Positions 57,601 through 64,000 of a stretch of DNA of 64,000 nt are shown piece after piece. The position numbers were made by a program, and so were the translations under genes. The notes beneath the pieces are model-generated. The model was not told the origin of the DNA, did not search any database, and worked only from the letters and a program-made list of their open reading frames with translations. The first letter of the stretch is position 1. Each line of letters begins with the position of its first letter. The DNA is from Naegleria gruberi (Eukaryota): NCBI GenBank assembly GCA_000004985.1, contig GG738896.1, one strand, 5' to 3'.

Positions 57601-60600
57601 GTTTATGTTTTAAATATAACACTTATTCCAAATATTATCAATAAGTATTCTACAAAATATCCACAATTAATATTTATTAATTCTGATTTTACAACAGGAA
57701 GCTTTTTATCAAATTCTAAATTAGAATTTATGGAAAATGGTGAAACTGTTTATAAGATTGATCAACTAAAAATTAGTTATTTCAATACTTTATCCATTAC
57801 TGCAGATATTTATAAACAAAATCTTGACATGTATTTAGATAATGTAAATTTAGGATATTTTACTTCTCAAATTGTTTATAAACAAGTCAATTTAGAAAAA
57901 ATTATTCCATCCTTAAGTTTTAATACTGAAGAGATGCCTACAATTTATTTAGATAGAGAAATTTATTCAAATATTCATTCAAATATTCAGTATAGATGTT
58001 TAGATACTTTAACAAATACTTCATATTCTGCTCAATACTTAAATTCTAGAATAATATGTAATATTAATAATTTACCTACAAATAATGTAAAATTATTAGA
58101 TTTAATTGTTCAAATAAGAATTTATTCATTTAATGATAATGAATGGTTTACATATAGTAGTAATAGTGTTAAGTTTTATCATTTAATTTCTAATATGAAT
58201 ATTTCTTTAGCAGAAGGATCACAAACCTTTTCAAAATGTCATTATTTATCTTCTAGTACAACAGGTTTCACTCCAAGAATTAAATTAAATGAAATTGTTT
58301 TACCTGAAAGTGAAACTTATAGATTTTCAATATGCCATTATAATAGGTTAAATGAAATTGTTACCTATAGATCTAATTATTATAGAGATAATTTATTTGA
58401 AGCATCAGGATTTACTTTATATCTTAAAAGTGGTTATTCTAATATTTATTTATGTGCTGACTCAATGATTGTATCAAAACCAGTTGTAGTTTTTGTTATT
58501 AATCAAACAGATTATGATTCCAAACCAATTTTTGGTTTTATTGGTTCTGATATTTGGTCTGGTTATATTTTCCATCATCAACCACTTTATTCTGATTCTC
58601 TCTTCAATTTAACCTATTCTTGTGCCTTATTTGGTGATGTTCAAAATTATACTGTTTATTCAACAGATTTAATTACAAACAAAATTGATAATTATTATGT
58701 AACAAGATGTATTTTCACTGGTTTAAATAATATTATCAAACAAGAGGCAGGTTTTTATTTTTCATTACTTGCAAAGAGAGGATCAGAAACTGTTCAATTA
58801 CCAGCTACTTTTATTAATTTCATTTATGGACCAAAACCTACAAATTATTCTACTCCATTTATTTCTCATATTCCATATTCTGGTTATATTTCAACAACTT
58901 TATTAACACAAGATCAGGATAGAGATTTATTTGTTTCTAAAAATCAAAATGGATTTTTTAGATTAACTCTCCCAATTGATTGTTTGTTATTTAAAGTTGG
59001 TGGTACTTATCCTATTGCATCTGCACCACTTGATACAACATCATCAACTCTAAAATGTGATTTAACTAAATATACAGTTACAAGCAGTGAACCATTCGAA
59101 ATATCATTAGGTTCACTTGTTACAGAATATTCTTATTTTGTAGAATTTACATCAAGAACTGTACATTTCACATATTTGAATAAGATAGAATTTAACTTTG
59201 AAGGCTATCCAATTTTAGAAACTGGAAAATCTATTCTTCTAAATTATTATACTAACAAACTTCCTCAATACAAACAAACCCAATTGAATGTTACTATGTC
59301 TGCATTAGGACAATACCCCATTATCAAGTCATGTGATTTTGAACTTACAGGATCTTGTATAGTAGATTATAATTTAACAATTCCAATTACTCCAGTTTTA
59401 CAAACTTACATACTTCAATTTTCATTTATTATTAATGAATTTTTATTGAAACAAACATTGAACATTGAAAATACATTGTTCAATAACAGATTTAATGTAA
59501 TGTACTATTCACCATTCCTCTTTGATTTTAAAACTGATTCAAGCATTTACAATTTCAAGTTACAAATTGATAATGGATTAAATCCTGATTTCAATTTTGA
59601 TCTTGATACTGATGGTATTAGAAGAAGCATTTTTTATGGTTTGAATAATGATAGTATAACAGAAGTTACTTGCTCTAGAATTAGTAATTATAGTACTAGT
59701 ATAGCATCTAATTTAGAAACAAGAATTGTATCAACATTTAAAGGAATTACATTTTCTGTTGATAAGAAACCATCAACTATTTACCTTAGAGAACTTTACA
59801 CTACACCAAATATTGTCTCTCAATCAATTCAAAAAACTATTAATATTACTCTTACTACAGATATTGCTATTCAAAAACCTCTAAAGAAGTATTATATTTC
59901 TTTATTAGATAATAAGTATGAATGTAGTATTGAATCAACATCTTTGATTTGTCCTGTTTTAATTACATATATTGGTAATCCTTTCTACAAGGAAGTTCTT
60001 AAAATTTTAGATGGTGATAATGTTGTAACAAGGATTGGTTTACCATTTATCCTATTCAAACCAATTTCTATTCGTGAAGTTAAACCAACACTTCTACTTC
60101 AAGATAATAACTCTGTTAATACTACAGTTTTAATGGAGCAAACAGTTTTTGAAGATTTAGGAACAGAATTTATATTTTCTTGTTCCATCGAAGATGGTAA
60201 CTTCTCAGCTATTGTTGGTGATTCTAACTCTGTTAGATGTAATTTCAATAACTTGAATACTGGAAGAAAGAGTGTAAAAATTTATCTTTCCTCTAATAAT
60301 CAATACAGATCCATCAAGGAATTATTATTAACTGATATTAATCCAGCAAAAGATTTTGAAGTTATTAAGAATCCAACCATAGCTCTTGATAATTCTATTG
60401 AGCAAAAAACTTTATTCTATACTTCTGAAACCTTTTCATTAACAACTCTTAATATTCTAGTTACAAATACTGAATTCACTTTGAATAATATCTTGTATAA
60501 CATTTCTACTGAAATTGGTTTTTATGGAAAAAACAGCTTTGTTGAAAGTACTACTTATTTGGGAAAATTTGATACATCATACAAATTCCAAGTATCATTT

Positions 60601-63600
60601 TATGCTTCAAATAACTATGAAGGATTTGTTCCTCTGAGATTAACAAAAGTTTTATCAGGAACTACTAAAGAATCTAGAGCTCTTACTTCTGATGATTACA
60701 TTTTAACAAAGATATCTGATTTGGTTCTAACTTGTGTAACAAAGGTAACTTTATCAAAGAGTGTTCCAGCATTTGGTGTTGAATCTAATTTACCAAGATT
60801 AGTTCAATTATATTCAAACTTTAACTTTTTAAAATTTATTCCTGATTCTAATCTTTTACAAGATGGAAAGGTTAATTTTAAGTGTGTTTATGAATATTTA
60901 CCAAAATCTAATAAGGCAATTAGTAGCACTACTAGAATTTATAATAACGAAGCATTCGAATGTAATATGACAACACCAGATGTTGGTCAAGTTCAAATTG
61001 ATCTTTATGTTGAAAAAGATGGACATTCATTATCTCTTAATATTAATTCATGGAATTATATTATTTATGATGGTTTATTCTTACAACCTTCTTATGGTTT
61101 GAGAACTATTGAAAATTCAAGACTGGTAAATCCGTTCAAGATTCAAAAATACTCTGATTTGTCTGGTATTAACTTGAATCAATTTACAAAGTTTAATGGT
61201 AAAATTACTGAACCTGATGTTTCCTTTACTTGTGAAAAGGAATTAAGTTCAGATGGTATCTATCCATTATTGAACTGTACTATTCCTGTTTTACCATCTA
61301 CAAATATTATGTCTTTCAAACAGTATGAATTAAGACTTTACACAAATCCAAGTATGCAACTAATTTCAAATTTCTCACTAGGTTGGCTTCCAACAAGTTC
61401 TCTCTATATTAGTAATATTAATCCAAAAATTATTCAAAAATCTACTAGTAAGACTGATATGAAAACAATTTATGTAGATATCTCGGGAGATAGTAATGTT
61501 ATTTCAAGAACCTTACCTGAAGGTAACTTTGCTATTTATACAAGAAGTGCAGGTGTTGCCCTTTTACAATCTGCTAGACCACCTTATGTTGCTCAACCTG
61601 CATCTATTGCTATTCAAACTTCTAATTTTGAAGAAACTGTAACATTACAATATGTGAACTATAACTTACTTACACCTGTTATTGATATTCCAAAACCAGA
61701 CCTTGTCGATTTTATGAAACTCACTGTGAATGATGTTGAATTGAATAGTATTCAATATTCATCCGACAGTATTAAAGGTTCTAAGGCAAGTGGTGCAACT
61801 ATCTTTTTCACTGTAAGCAAGAATACTGCCACACTATTCATGTTAAATAATGGTGGTTATAATGGTTCTATCAAATGTGTTCAAGATCCAATCACTAGTA
61901 ATAGTGCAACATTTGTGTCTGAATCAACTGATACACTCAAGTTCAAATGCGTTTTAGCAAAGACAAGCTCAATTACAAATTCCTTTATTCTTTCTAAAGT
62001 TGAAATTTACTATAATAATCCAATGGCAGAGAATGGAAATATGAAGGTTTCATCTAGTGCTTTAGATTTTATTTGGTTACCTTCTACTTTACCAATAGAA
62101 CAACCTGTACCATTTGCATTTATCTCCAGAGTTGGTTCTTTTGATATTTCACTTTCAGATAAGAAGGTATTTATTTCCTCTGATAATTTTGTTTGTTATT
62201 TGGCTGATTCTACAAGTACCAATGTAGTGAAAATCAAAGCCATTTATAATCCATCAGGAACTCTCACATGTCCATTCAGTTTTAGCTATTCTATATCAAC
62301 AGTATTTAAAATTTCTATTTACTTTAGTAATGGTCCAAGTGATGTTCTTTTAACAACAACAAGAGATGTAACCTTTATCAATGCACCTTTGGAAATTTCA
62401 TACATTGACCCATTCATTACTTATCACTTACCAGCACTTACTGGTAGTACAACAGATATCAATTACAAGGTCAGCAAATTGAGTTTTATTCCTCAAGGTT
62501 TATCTTGTACTTTTAGAGAAGTTACATCAACAATACCAAGTATTGGTCAAGTTAGAAAAATAACACAAGCTCAAATTCAAGACGGTTTATTTGTTTGTCC
62601 TTTCTTGATTGATCAAACATTCTCATCTTATAATTTACTTACCAAATTAGTGATAGATTTAGGAAGTAATCTTTTAGACATTTCTAGCAATGAGCTTGAA
62701 TTGATTCTTTACAAAAAGAAGCTGACATGGAATATCAACTCATATTTGACAGCATCAAATTTGAATACTAGATATGAACTACGTAATTATGAAATTCCAC
62801 ATTCTTCAAGTTATAGTCTTCAACAATCTGTTGTTGCTACTCCTTATTTAAGATCTCAAAAAATACAAAACTTGAAAACAACAACATTAGATTGTATTGG
62901 AGCTGATCCAGCTAGTTGTACATTTGTTGGTATTGAACCAATGGTTAACAAAATACCTTCATACATGACCACTGCTATTGAATTTATCAATGTTGAAAAT
63001 CAAAGAAAATCTTACATTATTGCTAATGACTTGACATTGTTCCTTAAAAAGTCTTCATTCAATGTTTCTCATATTTCTCCATATATTGCAGACTACAGAC
63101 AAAGTCATGCATCTAATCAAAATTTCCTCTTTACCAGTGCTAGTTTAAATGCTGAGGACTTTGATATTACATGTCAATTCGATAACAAAAAGACAAATAT
63201 GACAAGAAATCAATTTTGTGTTGTTAAACCACCAACTTTACCAAATGGATACCCAAAAACTGGTATTCAAAATGTCACTTTAACTTGGAATGGTATTGAT
63301 TTATATTCTAGAAGTTATCCAATAGATTTCATAGAAGCCTATCAAGTTAATAATTTGATAACTTTTTATTCATATAGATCTAATATTACATTGATTGATA
63401 ATCCTTATGTTCCTCTACCTTTCAGTGGAGATTTTTCTGGCTATACTTTTTCAATTGGACTTTTTGAAAAGAATAGATTAATAGGTGAAGCAACTTGTAA
63501 ACAACTATTTGCTAATAATGCCCAATTAGAATGTGTAAAGGGACCTTTTAGTTATTCAACATCTTATCCAGTTACTTCTATTGTGAAATTATTGATTAAC

Positions 63601-64000
63601 GCTCAATCTGCTTTCCAGATGAAAGGAGAAATTGTGTTATATTCTGCTCCTACTATTCAAAGTCTCAGTACTAATTATTTCAGAATTAACCAAATTTATA
63701 CTATGGAAGTCTATGGATCTGTATTCTATCAAAAGGATACGCCAACCCTTGAAATATATTCCAATACTACTTTCAATTCATATCCTACCATGGTTGTTGA
63801 TTCCAATACTATTCGCATTCAAAACATTGGCTTCAATGACCTACAAGAAACTCTAAGAAAATCCAGATTGAAATTTAGTTCAGGTGCCTATTTAGATCTA
63901 CCAGATATTTCTATTTATAAAGGAGTGAAAGAAGATTTCTCGTTGCAATCCATCAATTCAGAAGCATATGATAATGGTGTTATTACAGCAACCACAACTA
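51604..64000 (+). CDS. 5'-partial giant gene (more than 4,000 codons in the window, continuing past the window end): a signal-anchored extracellular or surface protein with RCC1-like repeats, EGF-like modules and a long array of beta-sandwich (IPT/TIG- or Ig-like) repeats
   Basis: Exon 1 is 51604-51819 (MSSLFEGFLLNNTTRRKLLSSTTSLLFFLLLCITFFFSTTCLVDG..SNSY, a hydrophobic signal-anchor) with a GTAAGT donor. The intron is 195 nt with acceptor ..ggtatag. Exon 2 starts at 52015 in the same frame. I spot-translated that frame at 52.0, 54.0, 57.0, 60.0 and 63.6 kb and found no stop in any of them. It has RCC1-like blades (VFGRNDVNQLGLG; VYCAGLNNHHQCGLG; VYVFGNGLNTNDKYGIG; LFGIGKNTEYQLGIG; LFSVGDNRFGQLGQ; YYGWGDNTFGQLCLD) and EGF-like modules (CSCDEKHYGYSCH; CYCGGEGFYGTSCE; CICDKGFRGIDCNSYLCDRVTCNSC). 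From ~56 kb on it has Asn/Ser/Thr/Ile-rich ~100-aa modules (..PKIIQKSTSKTDMKTIYVDISGD..; ..PTIQSLSTNYFRINQIYTMEVYG..). It is absent from the ORF track because it has no stop codon in the window. Confidence 0.8.

Noticed and set aside
52000-64000. Apparent absence of ORFs over 12 kb (possible repeat, satellite or non-coding region)
   Set aside because: The sequence has clear codon structure and a single open frame throughout. The track omits ORFs that do not terminate inside the window.
1-64000. Prokaryotic defence-island or CRISPR interpretation
   Set aside because: There are no CRISPR repeats, and genes are interrupted by GT..AG introns. Eukaryote-specific families are present (HSP90, SRF, Galpha, arrestin, Kelch, RCC1), with Pol III T-run terminators and a eukaryotic tRNA-Phe. 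This is eukaryotic nuclear DNA.

Overview
This 64-kb window is nuclear DNA from an AT-rich, intron-containing eukaryote, not a prokaryote. It has GT..AG introns (mostly 38-60 nt), Asn/Gln/Thr homopolymer tracts, an SRF-type MADS-box gene and a Galpha-like gene. It also has an RCC1/EGF/IPT-like giant surface protein, cytosolic HSP90, NDK, and ABCC and ABCG transporters. The overall look is amoebozoan or social-amoeba-like, but I cannot name the species. I model about 30 protein-coding genes on both strands. Most are multi-exon; exon joins were worked out by hand, and total CDS lengths came out divisible by 3 for the models I checked. The window also holds one tRNA-Phe(GAA), one full-length 5S rRNA gene and an internally deleted, inverted 5S copy. 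The most notable points: (1) a signal-anchored ORF of more than 4,000 codons (51.6 kb to the window end) that the ORF track misses because it has no stop codon in the window. (2) One continuous 4-exon reading frame that joins a prolyl-4-hydroxylase-like 2OG oxygenase domain, an F-box and an actin-related protein domain. (3) An ABCG half-transporter with an N-terminal EGF-like cysteine-rich ectodomain, whose gene contains two near-identical 43-44-nt introns about 90 nt apart. (4) DYW-type PPR (plant-editing-factor-like) ORFs with an antisense PPR fragment between them. (5) A Galpha-like protein that lacks the NKxD motif and the catalytic arginine. (6) A GC-richer ORF-free segment at 14.45-14.75 kb that may be a structured ncRNA. 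My coordinates can be off by 1-2 nt relative to the ORF track, because I re-indexed the printed lines by hand.
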